A program made the position numbers and the translations under genes. This document shows positions 1 through 10,000 of a DNA stretch of 64,000 bases, piece by piece. The stretch spans positions 124,001 to 188,000 of IMG/VR virus record IMGVR_UViG_3300046543_000266; one strand, given 5' to 3'. A model generated the notes under the pieces. That model was not told the origin of the DNA. It worked only from the letters and a program-made list of their open reading frames with translations, and made no database searches. The stretch's first letter is position 1. Each line of letters begins with the position of its first letter.

Positions 1-1
1 T

Positions 2-508
2 CCGCGTTCAAACCAGTGGACGGTATTCGACGACATGTACTGCACGCTGGATGACGGCACAGGCACGGTTGGTCCGGTTGGTCCTTCATATATGGTGGTG
101 CGTCGCCCGACGTCGGATACTACGGCTCAGTGGACGAAAGACGGGGCAGAAGCGTCGAATGCAGCGGCTGTATCGGCGCTGGCATTGTCGTCGACCAATG
201 GTTACGTGCAGACGACTACCGACGGTGCGAAAGATGTGTACGCGTCGACGGATACGCTCCCAGCCTCGGGATACCGAGTCAAGGGTGTGGCAGTCGAAGG
301 TTACTTCGCCCGCATGAGCGCAGGTTCGCCGGTAGTTACGATTGGCGCTACGATCAGTGGGGTTGAAGTTGACAGTGCCAATATCACGGTGTCGTCTGCA
401 GCCTATACGTTCGCCCAGAAGATCCTGGAAAAGAATCCGAATGGCAACGTGAACTGGACAACCACTACGGCGGCGCAAGTCTCTTCGGTGATCAACAAAC
501 TGAGCTAA
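2..508 (+). CDS. Virion/tail-fibre-associated protein, 5'-truncated; paralog of the C-terminus of 859..3045
   Basis: Frame is open from the window edge (PRSNQWTVFDDMYCTLDDG). The C-terminus aligns with 859..3045 (DDMYxTxDxGTGxVGP, EKxPNGNVxWT, INKxS). Confidence 0.75.
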   Translation, partial: PRSNQWTVFDDMYCTLDDGTGTVGPVGPSYMVVRRPTSDTTAQWTKDGAEASNAAAVSALALSSTNGYVQTTTDGAKDVYASTDTLPASGYRVKGVAVEGYFARMSAGSPVVTIGATISGVEVDSANITVSSAAYTFAQKILEKNPNGNVNWTTTTAAQVSSVINKLS

Positions 509-518
509 GGAGAGACTA

Positions 519-848
519 ATGTCGAGCAGTAATCAACCGAAAGCTCGGGCGATAGCTCAGCAGGTGATGCTGGCTCCAGGCACTGATCCGGTGAACAAGG
601 CTGGAGCCACAGCAGTCGGGCTCCAGACCTTCCTCCAACCCGCACCGAACGTCCAAGACTTCGGTGTGAAGTTGGAGGTTCTGGGTCGAGGCCTGATTCC
701 GGTGCAGCTAGCCAAGGTGGTGATGGAAGTCATAAGCGGTGTGCCCTACGCTGTCCCTGACTCAAAGGTAACTATGGAAGTCGTGGCAGCAACCACTCAG
801 ACTCCCGCCAAACCCATGCAACGGATTGTGTGGTTCATGCCTAATTAG
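519..848 (+). CDS. Small virion protein; paralog of 3058..3426
   Basis: SD aaggagag upstream. Shares VxxEVISGVPY and the terminal PMQRIVWFMPN with 3058..3426. Confidence 0.75.
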   Translation: MSSSNQPKARAIAQQVMLAPGTDPVNKAGATAVGLQTFLQPAPNVQDFGVKLEVLGRGLIPVQLAKVVMEVISGVPYAVPDSKVTMEVVAATTQTPAKPMQRIVWFMPN

Positions 849-858
849 GAAAATACAA

Positions 859-3045
859 ATGACTCTCAAATACGCTCAGGGATTCGAGACCATGCGCGAT
901 GACACCGACCTGCGTGCGCAAGGCTGGGTCAATGGTCCGGTGTCCCGATCCTGCGGTTTCGTTCCGTCGGCGAATGGTAGCGGCACCGGATACGCGATGG
1001 CTCTTATGGGAGCAAATCGTGTAGGAACTTCAGGATACGCAGGGGGTTCCGGCGTTACTGACCCCGCGTATTTCAACCTCGGTGTTACCATCAACTCGTT
1101 GTGGAATGCGGGCGGGTTCACGCTTGGCGCCTCTGGTAAGCTCAATGCCGGGGCTGCGAATGCTCCAGGTGCTGGCTCGTCCAATCAGTTGGCCTTTGAC
1201 GGCACCAAGTACTGGACTATCCTGCGCAACTTGACGACAAGTTCGGCAAACGTTGCCACGTCGACCGACCTGATCAACTGGACGGTAACTCCGGCACAGC
1301 CGTCGAACGCAGGTGTCTACGCAGGATTGGCTGTTCTCGGTAGTGGACTGGTCGCAGTCATCGGTATCGACAGTTCGACAAGCGTCCAGTATTACTACTC
1401 CACGAACTCGGGTGCTACGTGGAACCAGAAGGTCCTGTACACGACGGCGTCAACCGCTGGCGCAGTTACAGGACACGTCATCAACACCGGCAACTCATCG
1501 TTCCCGCACGCGCTGATCATCTCCAGCAACTCCTCGGGAGCAACGGGTACGAACAACGGCGTCTGGATCGGTGACATCACAGGCACCATGACCAACGTCA
1601 CAGGTGCTGGCGCAGGCAACATCTACTTCTGCCCGTGGCGAATCACGAACGGCTATCTAAATGTGATTGGGAACGGCTTCGTCTATTCGGCGCTTGCCAA
1701 TAACGTAGCACTCAACACAGCGGGTGCGTGGTCGAAGTCAACAACCACGCTGACCGGCGGGGCCAGTGACTTCGTGTTCTTCCCGGCAGGCAATCTCTGG
1801 GTTGCGAGCACTCAGTCGGGTATCTCCACGACGCCGAACACCGGTACGGTAGGAGCTCCGATTCCTCCGACTGGATCGTTCACCTGGACCAGTCGTTACA
1901 GCACGCTTGCCGTCTATAGGTTGGCAGTTGACGGAAGCAACATCTACGCCTTCTGTGCGAACGGCACGGTGGTCACGTCAACCGATGGTCTTACGTGGAC
2001 GGTAACGGCTCAGCAGCACATGATGCCCGCAGTATCCGCGTCTAACTACTGGACGAACTGCATCTATGACGGCACGCGTTGGGTCATGTCGTCGTCTGGT
2101 CCATACGGACTGGTAGCTACAGCGCCGACTCTAGCATACGGCTGGCAGCTCGTGTCAACCGCAGAAGCGGCAGAAGCGAATCCGGGCCCGTATAGCGCGC
2201 TGTCAGTGCTGAGCTACACCGGTACATTCGGTTCGACGTTCACCATGCCGATCGTGCAAGGTTTCGGTATCGTGGTCGGATCGATCTCCGCAGGTAATCG
2301 GCCGGTGACACTGTACGGGTGGACGAACGCGACAACCAACGTCGCGGCGGTAACTGGTTCCATTCCGTCGGCGCCTAATGCGTGGCATAGCTACGAGCTC
2401 AAGGCAGTCAAGGACACGACGGTCAACACGTTCAAGCTTTCGCTCTACATTGACGGCGTCCTGATCGGAACATCGGCTGCGGCCTATGCAATCGGCGCAG
2501 GTACTAGTGATACGACGTCGCAGGCGTTCATCAACGTGCAAGCTAGCGGACAGATCACGCAGTACGATGATATGTATTTCACGATCGACAATGGTACTGG
2601 CGTGGTCGGCCCGCTCGGTGTTATCAACATCATGGCTATTCGTCCATCCGGCGATGTTCAAGCTCAATGGACTAAGGCCGGGTCTGCTGGTACGAACGCC
2701 GCATCGGCTCGTGTGGATGGATTGTCGCAAGCCAATCCGGCCAACTACGTGACCACCAACACGGACGGTGCACAGGACCAGTATTCGTTGGACGACATTC
2801 CGACTACCTACAAGGTCGCGGCAGTCATGTCCGAGGCGTACTTTGCCAAGATCGGAACTTCGGCACCGACGACTAGTGTGGGTGTGGTAAGCGGAGCAGT
2901 CGAGGCGGATTCGACTCAGGTTGCTATTGCGAGCACCAACTTCACCTACATGAGTTCGATCGTCGAGAAAGACCCGAACGGTAACGTAGCCTGGACTCCT
3001 TCGACAGTGAACGCGTTGAAGCTCGCCATCAACAAGGTTAGCTAA
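859..3045 (+). CDS. Large Gly/Ser/Thr-rich virion adhesin (BNR/beta-propeller-like centre, lectin-like C-terminal part)
   Basis: Start moved to ATG 859 (SD agga). Contains Asp-box-like motifs (STNSGATW, STDGLTW, STDLINW). Confidence 0.65.
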   Translation: MTLKYAQGFETMRDDTDLRAQGWVNGPVSRSCGFVPSANGSGTGYAMALMGANRVGTSGYAGGSGVTDPAYFNLGVTINSLWNAGGFTLGASGKLNAGAANAPGAGSSNQLAFDGTKYWTILRNLTTSSANVATSTDLINWTVTPAQPSNAGVYAGLAVLGSGLVAVIGIDSSTSVQYYYSTNSGATWNQKVLYTTASTAGAVTGHVINTGNSSFPHALIISSNSSGATGTNNGVWIGDITGTMTNVTGAGAGNIYFCPWRITNGYLNVIGNGFVYSALANNVALNTAGAWSKSTTTLTGGASDFVFFPAGNLWVASTQSGISTTPNTGTVGAPIPPTGSFTWTSRYSTLAVYRLAVDGSNIYAFCANGTVVTSTDGLTWTVTAQQHMMPAVSASNYWTNCIYDGTRWVMSSSGPYGLVATAPTLAYGWQLVSTAEAAEANPGPYSALSVLSYTGTFGSTFTMPIVQGFGIVVGSISAGNRPVTLYGWTNATTNVAAVTGSIPSAPNAWHSYELKAVKDTTVNTFKLSLYIDGVLIGTSAAAYAIGAGTSDTTSQAFINVQASGQITQYDDMYFTIDNGTGVVGPLGVINIMAIRPSGDVQAQWTKAGSAGTNAASARVDGLSQANPANYVTTNTDGAQDQYSLDDIPTTYKVAAVMSEAYFAKIGTSAPTTSVGVVSGAVEADSTQVAIASTNFTYMSSIVEKDPNGNVAWTPSTVNALKLAINKVS

Positions 3046-3057
3046 TGTGGGGTCCAC

Positions 3058-3426
3058 ATGTCCACAAGTAACGTAGCAAAATCAGTCGGAGGGGCGGTAT
3101 CGGTAGTCACTGTACCTAACGCAGTCGCTACTGCCAGAGCACCGGCAGTGACTGCGGTTCTGCAGACAGCCAGCAATGCGAAGGCCCTCGCCCCGGCGGT
3201 GATGGTCATCTCGCAGGTGATGAACACGGTGAACGTGAGCAAAACCAATCTCGAAGTGCTGGCTTCGGGCTACATTCCGAACAGCAATTCTAAGGTGGCA
3301 CTGGAGATCATCAGCGGCGTTCCGTACAGTGCGCCAGCCAAGCAAGTAACGCTTGAGGTGATTGCACAGACGACGCAGATACCGCAGAAGCCCATGCAAC
3401 GTATCGTATGGTTCATGCCTAACTAA
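3058..3426 (+). CDS. Small virion protein; paralog of 519..848
   Basis: Same C-terminal motif PMQRIVWFMPN and same position after a large paralogous gene. Confidence 0.75.
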   Translation: MSTSNVAKSVGGAVSVVTVPNAVATARAPAVTAVLQTASNAKALAPAVMVISQVMNTVNVSKTNLEVLASGYIPNSNSKVALEIISGVPYSAPAKQVTLEVIAQTTQIPQKPMQRIVWFMPN

Positions 3427-3438
3427 CAGGGAAATCAA

Positions 3439-3726
3439 ATGGAGATTCAACTGAACGACGTCCAGAAGCTCGTCCATGTGTTTGATCTGGATTTCAATGA
3501 CTTGGCTGAGTTCAACAGGCAGCGGTCTACGATACCTGACGACTACCTAGTGCAGTTCATCCCCACCGTCGAGGATGCGCGGGTGCCGGAACTGGGTCTC
3601 GCCGGACGAAATCTGTACTTCACCACACGCACAGTCTACGAGACGCGGTCTACGGGAAATGGTTTTGTATCACATCCGTCGACGGTGTATGACCAGTTCC
3701 TGTCGGCGGTGAAGGCTGGGGAGTGA
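3439..3726 (+). CDS. Hypothetical protein
   Basis: SD-like caggga upstream; overlaps the next gene (GTGA). Confidence 0.6.
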   Translation: MEIQLNDVQKLVHVFDLDFNDLAEFNRQRSTIPDDYLVQFIPTVEDARVPELGLAGRNLYFTTRTVYETRSTGNGFVSHPSTVYDQFLSAVKAGE

Positions 3727-4190
3727 TGATGAAACTCCACGCCAGTAAGCGGCTAATGGCCGATCAGAACAGTCGGTGGCAGGACGAGGTTGAGAAGGAC
3801 TACAAGGGCAAGCCTCGTCCGTATGGTGACAAGCTACCGGAAGGTACGTTCACGAACAAGTCGCCTGGAACTATCGCTAATGATCTGAAGCAACACTCGG
3901 AAGATCATGGTGAAGCCAGTTCCAAGCTCAACATGTACGTGAATCGGCAAGGTCGCAATCTACAAGGTGCAGACAAGGTTCGGATGCAACAGACCAAGGA
4001 TGCACTGGACCAAGCCTACGGCATGGAGCACAAGCCGGACAGCCCCAAGCCGACTACCGCAGACATGACCAGCATCTGCGCACCACGTGACGGATTCAAC
4101 CCGGATGCCCCGTCCTTGGAAACAGGGCTGGACGTCGACCCAGCAACGGAAACTCCGACGCTGAACGCATCCAACAGGTTGCTTGCGTGA
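3723..4190 (+). CDS. DUF3175-like protein
   Basis: EGTFT..PGTIANDLK...ASSKLNMYVNRQGRNL...KDALDQAYG resembles the DUF3175 pattern (GVF..DP..IA.SLK..AMSMLNFYINRAG.NL). Confidence 0.6.
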   Translation: MMMKLHASKRLMADQNSRWQDEVEKDYKGKPRPYGDKLPEGTFTNKSPGTIANDLKQHSEDHGEASSKLNMYVNRQGRNLQGADKVRMQQTKDALDQAYGMEHKPDSPKPTTADMTSICAPRDGFNPDAPSLETGLDVDPATETPTLNASNRLLA

Positions 4191-4194
4191 CCTC

Positions 4195-4247
4195 AAGATC
4201 CCCGCAATTTGACTCGGTACATACCCGGTCAGGTTGACGGGGATTTT
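4195..4247 (+). terminator. Long hairpin, probable intrinsic terminator after the DUF3175 gene
   Basis: AAGATCCCCG-CAATTTGAC-TCGG pairs with CCG-GTCAGGTTG-A-CGGGGATTTT, followed by a T-rich tract. Confidence 0.5.
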
Positions 4248-4291
4248 GCATTTTCCCTTCCCAATCCATAGCAGATAACACGAGATATGCG

Positions 4292-5593
4292 ATGACCACA
4301 GTGATACAGATACTGCGTAATTCCACCGCCGGGAAGGTTCCACTAGCCGCAGAAATGTCGCAAGGCCAGTTGGCAATCAATCTGGTGGACAAGAAGCTCT
4401 ATACCAAAGACAACACAAACACGATCGCGCAGATCGGTGTCGCTCGGTCTGAAATGTCCGCCGTCGCGTTCAGTGGCGCATACGGTGATTTGCTCGGTGC
4501 ACCCTCAGCATACGTGTTGCCGGTTGCTACCTCCAGCATTCTGGGTGGCGTGAAAGCCGGAACCGGAGTCACCATCGCCGGTGACGGTACCATCAGTGTG
4601 TCCGGTGGTGGATACACGCTGCCGACGGCAAGTGCCAGTGTGCTCGGTGGTATCAAGATCGGCACTGGATTGTCCATTGACGGAAGTGGTGTAGTATCGG
4701 TCAGTGGAAGCAGTTACACTCTTCCGGCGGCAACGACGTCTGTTCTGGGTGGCGTGATCGTCAAGACTGGCCTGACCGTAGACGCCTCGGGTAATCTGAG
4801 TGCCAACGTGACAAGCGTCGCTGGACGGACCGGCATAGTCACACTGTCGGCTAGTGACGTGAGTGGGTTGGCAACGGTAGCGACCACAGGTGCTTACGCA
4901 GATCTGAGTGGCAAGCCCACGATTCCGGCGGCTCAGGTCAATAGCGACTGGAACGCCGTATCTGGGGTAGCTCAGATACTCAACAAGCCGACTATCCCAG
5001 CCGCACAGGTCAGCAGCGATTGGAATGCCTCTTCTGGTGTGGCACAGATACTGAACAAGCCTACGACGTTCACTCCGCCGATTGCTACCGCTAGTGTCCT
5101 TGGTGGCGTGAAGATCGGTAGTGGTGTTACCGTCGCAGGTGATGGTACGATCAGCGTCACGGCCTATTCACTTCCGACTGCAAGTGCCAGCGTCTTGGGT
5201 GGTGTGAAAGTTGGTACAGGATTAGCCGTCGCTGGGGATGGGACGCTTAGTGTCAGCAATATCGATCTCGGTTCGTTCTTCCCGGGGATTCCGGCTAATA
5301 GTCAGCGAATGGCTCGTACCAAGATTATACGCACCATCATACTGAAGGCTGGATTGCCTTCCAGTCAGGCTGATGCCGATGCAGCAGCGACCGCGGCAAC
5401 CACGCTGACGATCAAGCAGAACGGCACTTCGATCGGCACAGTCAATTTCGCGGCCGGAGCAAGCATCGCAACGTTCACGTTCAGTGCCGATATCACGTTG
5501 GCCGCTGGTGACGTACTGGCTATCGATAATCAAGCAAGTGCCGACGCGACACTCGGCAACATCTCAATCACGTTGGCTGGGCTTCGAGGTTAA
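4292..5593 (+). CDS. Tail/head fibre protein with LPxAxxxxLGGVKIG repeats
   Basis: N-terminal NSTAGKVP..GQLAINLVDKKLY is shared with 15307..16557. Five LGG(V/I)K/V repeats and a tandem SDWNAxSGVAQILNKP repeat. Confidence 0.8.
   Translation: MTTVIQILRNSTAGKVPLAAEMSQGQLAINLVDKKLYTKDNTNTIAQIGVARSEMSAVAFSGAYGDLLGAPSAYVLPVATSSILGGVKAGTGVTIAGDGTISVSGGGYTLPTASASVLGGIKIGTGLSIDGSGVVSVSGSSYTLPAATTSVLGGVIVKTGLTVDASGNLSANVTSVAGRTGIVTLSASDVSGLATVATTGAYADLSGKPTIPAAQVNSDWNAVSGVAQILNKPTIPAAQVSSDWNASSGVAQILNKPTTFTPPIATASVLGGVKIGSGVTVAGDGTISVTAYSLPTASASVLGGVKVGTGLAVAGDGTLSVSNIDLGSFFPGIPANSQRMARTKIIRTIILKAGLPSSQADADAAATAATTLTIKQNGTSIGTVNFAAGASIATFTFSADITLAAGDVLAIDNQASADATLGNISITLAGLRG
4714..4762 (+). repeat. 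49-bp exact repeat, copy 1
   Basis: TTACACTCTTCCGGCGGCAACGACGTCTGTTCTGGGTGGCGTGATCGTC is identical to 13914..13962. Confidence 0.95.
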
Positions 5594-5595
5594 TA

Positions 5596-7626
5596 ATGAC
5601 AATCTGGTATCTTGATCCTGAAGGCGGTAACGATAGCAACAACGGCCAGTCGTTCGCTAATCGCAAATTAACCGTCCAGAGTATCACCGCCGCAGCAGTG
5701 GCGGCCGGGGATGAAATCCGATGCATCGCGTCAGTTGATCCGTGGAGTGTAGGCAACGCTACCTGGACAGACAACAGTGCCAGTATCACGCTGGCTGCCG
5801 CGCAGACCTTGACGTTGGATAACTGTGACGTCGTGTGGACGGCTGGAACGAATGTGACTGCAGCATTGACAACTCAGCGCCGCAAGCAAGGTACGAATGC
5901 GATGCAGTTCACGATGGGGGCTAGTTACGCTGGCGGACTGATTGGATACAAGGCGTTCGGCAGCACCCAGAACTTGAGCGCCTATAACTGCATTTCGTTC
6001 TGGTTCTATTCGTCAAACACGTTCGTAGCAGCAACCGGTATCAATCTACGGATAGCGCTGTGTTCGGATGCGGCAGGTGCCACGCCTATCGCCAGCTATC
6101 CGTTGTCCGCGGCATGGTTATCTCTACTGAACACCGCAAGTTTGCCGAACAACCCGTGGCCTATTCTGCTCAACGAAGGTGGGTCAGCGCTACCTAACGG
6201 TGTGAACTCGATTGCCATCTATGCCGATGCCCAACCGCGTTCCGGGTTAAACCTTGTGTTCGACAACATCATCGCAACGACGCCGTCCAATGCCGCTGGG
6301 CATTTGTCACACGGATGTCTCATCAGTAAGAACACTACTGGCGAGCCGGAGTTCTATCCGATCCAATACATCGACGGCACTACAGTCAACCTCGGGAGCA
6401 GCGCCGACTTTTCGCTAGCTTCCGGATCACGTCCGTACCGAGGCACTACTGCGACAGTCACCACGTATGCGTTGCTCGGCTTGCGTCCATTACCGTGGAC
6501 CACTACCCAGAGCACCACGTCCAAAAGTGGGGTGTTCGGTAATCCAATCAAGTGGACGGGTGGTTGGGATCGTACTACGATGACCACCCAAACCGGAAGG
6601 TCCTGGTTCAACGGATTCGCAGGCATGTTCACCAACGGACTTACGGTCTCGAATGACTTCCACCTGTTCGACGATCTGACCTTCGCGTTTACTGGCTACA
6701 CTAACGGAATTAACTTATCCATCGGCAAAGGTTCTAAGATACGAATCTATTCAGCAAGCAACTGCGGTCAGGCAGTATCAGGCGCTTCCGGGGCGAGCTG
6801 GTACTCGCGGTATATTGAGGTTAACTCAATAACGGCGTGTCTTGGTCAGGACGTTGCAACAGCGATTTCCACCGAATCTGGATTCTACAAGGCGCGGCGG
6901 ATACATCACGGCACAGCGGGCGGGATCCAAACTAGTTCAACACTTCCAAACATGCGACAAGCGGCACGCTGCGTCATTGGTCAGATTGATAACAACACGG
7001 GTTACGGAATTAACTTTGGGACGGCGGTGACGCTGACTATCGACGGGCTGACGCTGCAGAACAATAGTACAGCGTCTATCAGCACCGGGTCCAGTGGTCA
7101 GCTTACGCTGAACAGACCAATCCTGAACGATGCGACATTTGCGTCAATAAGTGCCACGGATGCGATGATCAAAGTCAATCAAGCGAACGGTAATCGATAT
7201 GACTATCGCATATACACGGCCTCGTACACGCTGCTCACTGATCAGGCTACGGTACACGCCCCGGCGACGCAGTCGTTGAAGTTCACGATGAACGACTTCA
7301 ACAGGTTCCCGGCCTATCTGCCTGCCCGCATTTCATTGTCCAAGATTGCCTGTTTCGCTAACAAGACGATCACGTTCAAGATATGGGTACAGCGTACGAC
7401 GCAGAACGTTCAGAACGGTATTGCCGTCTATGCAGGTCCGATCGCCGGGATGGTTGATACGTTTGTGCTAGGGACTGCGGCCAACGCAACGTGGGAACAG
7501 CTGACAGTCACGTTCACACCTACTGAAGACGGAGTGGCGGAAGTGTGGGGCACGGTTGCCGCATTGAATTCTAGTGCCAACACTTCCGTCAGTTACTTCA
7601 GTAATCCTACGGTGAGTTCAACATGA
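5596..7626 (+). CDS. Putative receptor-binding/adhesin protein, paralog 1 of 3
   Basis: MTIWYLDPEGGNDSN N-terminus, EPEFYPI core, beta-helix-like middle, C-terminal W.Q.TVTFTPTEDG..EVWG. Confidence 0.7.
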   Translation: MTIWYLDPEGGNDSNNGQSFANRKLTVQSITAAAVAAGDEIRCIASVDPWSVGNATWTDNSASITLAAAQTLTLDNCDVVWTAGTNVTAALTTQRRKQGTNAMQFTMGASYAGGLIGYKAFGSTQNLSAYNCISFWFYSSNTFVAATGINLRIALCSDAAGATPIASYPLSAAWLSLLNTASLPNNPWPILLNEGGSALPNGVNSIAIYADAQPRSGLNLVFDNIIATTPSNAAGHLSHGCLISKNTTGEPEFYPIQYIDGTTVNLGSSADFSLASGSRPYRGTTATVTTYALLGLRPLPWTTTQSTTSKSGVFGNPIKWTGGWDRTTMTTQTGRSWFNGFAGMFTNGLTVSNDFHLFDDLTFAFTGYTNGINLSIGKGSKIRIYSASNCGQAVSGASGASWYSRYIEVNSITACLGQDVATAISTESGFYKARRIHHGTAGGIQTSSTLPNMRQAARCVIGQIDNNTGYGINFGTAVTLTIDGLTLQNNSTASISTGSSGQLTLNRPILNDATFASISATDAMIKVNQANGNRYDYRIYTASYTLLTDQATVHAPATQSLKFTMNDFNRFPAYLPARISLSKIACFANKTITFKIWVQRTTQNVQNGIAVYAGPIAGMVDTFVLGTAANATWEQLTVTFTPTEDGVAEVWGTVAALNSSANTSVSYFSNPTVSST

Positions 7627-7829
7627 GTCTTCCAGTACAGTCTGATCTGTTGGGTCTGGGATGGGGCTTCGACGGGGAGCCCGCCGCTTGGGTTGCCCCG
7701 TCGCCGCTGTTCGCAGAGTACTCCATGCGTTGGGGATTCGACGGCGAGCCTATGAACGCGCTTCAATCGGCGTCGACCGGTGGAGTCCCTATCATCAGTG
7801 GCAGTGCCTCGATACAGATACTTATGTGA
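7623..7829 (+). CDS. Small fibre-associated protein
   Basis: ATGA coupling to 5596..7626; internal duplicated WGFDGEP motif. Confidence 0.6.
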   Translation: MSLPVQSDLLGLGWGFDGEPAAWVAPSPLFAEYSMRWGFDGEPMNALQSASTGGVPIISGSASIQILM

Positions 7830-7879
7830 AGAGGCCGTAATTTTATGTCATCGGCACCACACACTACACGAGATAAACT

Positions 7880-9955
7880 ATGACGATCTGGTACGTTGAC
7901 CCGGAAGGCGGGAACGATAGCAACGCGGGTACGAGCTTCGCGCTGCGCAAGAGGACGATGAACAGCATCGCCAGCCCTCAAGCCGGGGATCAAGTCCGTG
8001 TGATCGCGAGCCGTCCACGGCAGCAGCCGATGAACGTGACGTGGACGGATGGTTCGTCGGTGCTTACAATGGCAAACGGCGCAGTCACCAAGACGATCGA
8101 CACGTGTGACGTGGTATGGTCGATCACAGGTGGGAATCCGAGTGCTGCCACCAACGTGCAGACGGTGGGCAGTCGTCGGGAAGGGACGGCTTCTGTTCAG
8201 TTATCAATTCCGGTTGGAACGTTTACCGGCAAGATCGCATATCACAATCTTGGGACGCCGGTTGACTTGAGTGGATATAAGGGTGTATCCATGGCGTTCA
8301 TCCCGCCTAGCAATATTCCGGCGGGTAACACACTGGTCCTGGACCTCTGCTCCGATACTACCGGTGACGTGCCGATCCTCTCTATCCCGATGAACTACGG
8401 TAGCACGTCCAACGCCGCGTTCTCCAGCCCATCTGCTCAAGCCTGGACTGCAGTGGCATACGACACGGGAGCCGCGCTTCCGGCAGTCGTGCAGTCGATA
8501 GCGATTCGGATCGCGACGTCGCTGGTTGTGGGAGGCACTGGCGTTCTTATGTACATCGATAACATCCTCGCAACCTTGGGTTGGGACGATCCGAATCACG
8601 TATCTCACCTGTCGGTGATCTCGAAGGACACAGTGGCTGAGCCTGAGTATTACCCGGTCATGGCTATCAGCGGCACCTCACTGCGTATCGGAAGCGTGTC
8701 GGACACCACGACGTCGGCGCGTCCGTACAAAGGAACCACCGAGACGGTCCCCACGTACTTCCGGCTAGCAACTCGTAGCTGGGTCGGTACGGATAACCGG
8801 CTGAACAACGGCGGGACTGTAGGTAATCGCATTGTTGTCAGCGGAGGGTGGGATCGCACAGCAATGTCTACCCAGTCCGACTACACGGTGCTCACTGGAA
8901 TGGGCGCGCTCGGGACGGCTATTGATATCGGGAGCTGGTTCTCTTCGGCGTTCAACTCCGTGGAGGTGTCAGGCTTCGGCTACGCTAACTTCCCCGGAAC
9001 GCTCATTCAGATCGCACAAGGGACGGGCGATCACAAGTTCGTGTATGAATTCGTGATCGGCGGGTACTTCACGAGCCTCACCTATGTAGGGTCGGCGTCC
9101 AACGCTGGATTGCCCTATGAACTGACGGTCAAGCGCAACTACGGGTTCAACAACGGAAGTGGTCCGCTCGCGTCCGCCACAACGCTGTGGGCTATTGGAT
9201 TCACGATGGCTCCGGTCAAGCTGTACATCCGACGCGTTCACGGCCGATCCGACGGTAGCGGTATGGTGCTTCCGAGTGGCAACCGCGAGACCATGGACGT
9301 CACGATCGACCGGATCGACAACAACAGCGGCGCAGCACTGGCGGTCGCCAGCTTCTACACCAACTTCCAGTATCTGCGTGGGTGTACGCTTCAGAACAAC
9401 GACAGCGGTGACTTTGCCAACGGAAGTATCCAGCACACGCTGCATCTTGATCGCTGCTTCTTCTCCACGACGCCCTCAGTCAACGCCTTCTCGGATGACG
9501 GCTGGTCCGGCAAGCTCTTGGTGACTGCAGCCAACGGCAACGCATGGGACAACCGTGAGTATTCGAAATACTACACGTGGATATCAGATCAGGCTACCCG
9601 ACATTCGGCGGATGGAGTAGCTTGGAAGATCTCGATCCGGAACGCCAGCTTCTTCACGGCAGATGCGCCAGTTAAGAAGTCGCTGGTGAAGATCCCGTGT
9701 AAAGCGAATAGTCCGAAGACGGTCAACATGTGGATGCAGCGCGACAACGTCGGGTTGAACATGGGGCTAATGACCATGAGTGGATACGTCGCAGGGGTGG
9801 TTGATCAGCAAGTGGCAATGACCGCGGGTGCTGGAACATGGCAACTGGTGACGCTGAATTTTACACCAATAGAGGACGGACTAGTCGAGGTGTGGGGTTA
9901 CGCCTACGGCGGTACGACGTACAATGGCTGGTTTAGCGATGTGTCCGTGACGTAA
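7880..9955 (+). CDS. Putative receptor-binding/adhesin protein, paralog 2 of 3
   Basis: MTIWYVDPEGGNDSN N-terminus, EPEYYP core, ends GGTTYNGWFSDVSVT. Confidence 0.7.
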   Translation: MTIWYVDPEGGNDSNAGTSFALRKRTMNSIASPQAGDQVRVIASRPRQQPMNVTWTDGSSVLTMANGAVTKTIDTCDVVWSITGGNPSAATNVQTVGSRREGTASVQLSIPVGTFTGKIAYHNLGTPVDLSGYKGVSMAFIPPSNIPAGNTLVLDLCSDTTGDVPILSIPMNYGSTSNAAFSSPSAQAWTAVAYDTGAALPAVVQSIAIRIATSLVVGGTGVLMYIDNILATLGWDDPNHVSHLSVISKDTVAEPEYYPVMAISGTSLRIGSVSDTTTSARPYKGTTETVPTYFRLATRSWVGTDNRLNNGGTVGNRIVVSGGWDRTAMSTQSDYTVLTGMGALGTAIDIGSWFSSAFNSVEVSGFGYANFPGTLIQIAQGTGDHKFVYEFVIGGYFTSLTYVGSASNAGLPYELTVKRNYGFNNGSGPLASATTLWAIGFTMAPVKLYIRRVHGRSDGSGMVLPSGNRETMDVTIDRIDNNSGAALAVASFYTNFQYLRGCTLQNNDSGDFANGSIQHTLHLDRCFFSTTPSVNAFSDDGWSGKLLVTAANGNAWDNREYSKYYTWISDQATRHSADGVAWKISIRNASFFTADAPVKKSLVKIPCKANSPKTVNMWMQRDNVGLNMGLMTMSGYVAGVVDQQVAMTAGAGTWQLVTLNFTPIEDGLVEVWGYAYGGTTYNGWFSDVSVT

Positions 9956-9963
9956 GAACACGT

Positions 9964-9981
9964 GGAGGGACTAGTCCCTCC
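9964..9981. promoter_or_regulatory. Perfect 18-bp palindrome / stable hairpin upstream of adhesin paralog 3
   Basis: GGAGGGACTAGTCCCTCC is intergenic, lies 19 nt before ATG 10001, and has no U-tract. Confidence 0.45.
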
Positions 9982-10000
9982 GCATCTCACAGAGAACAAT

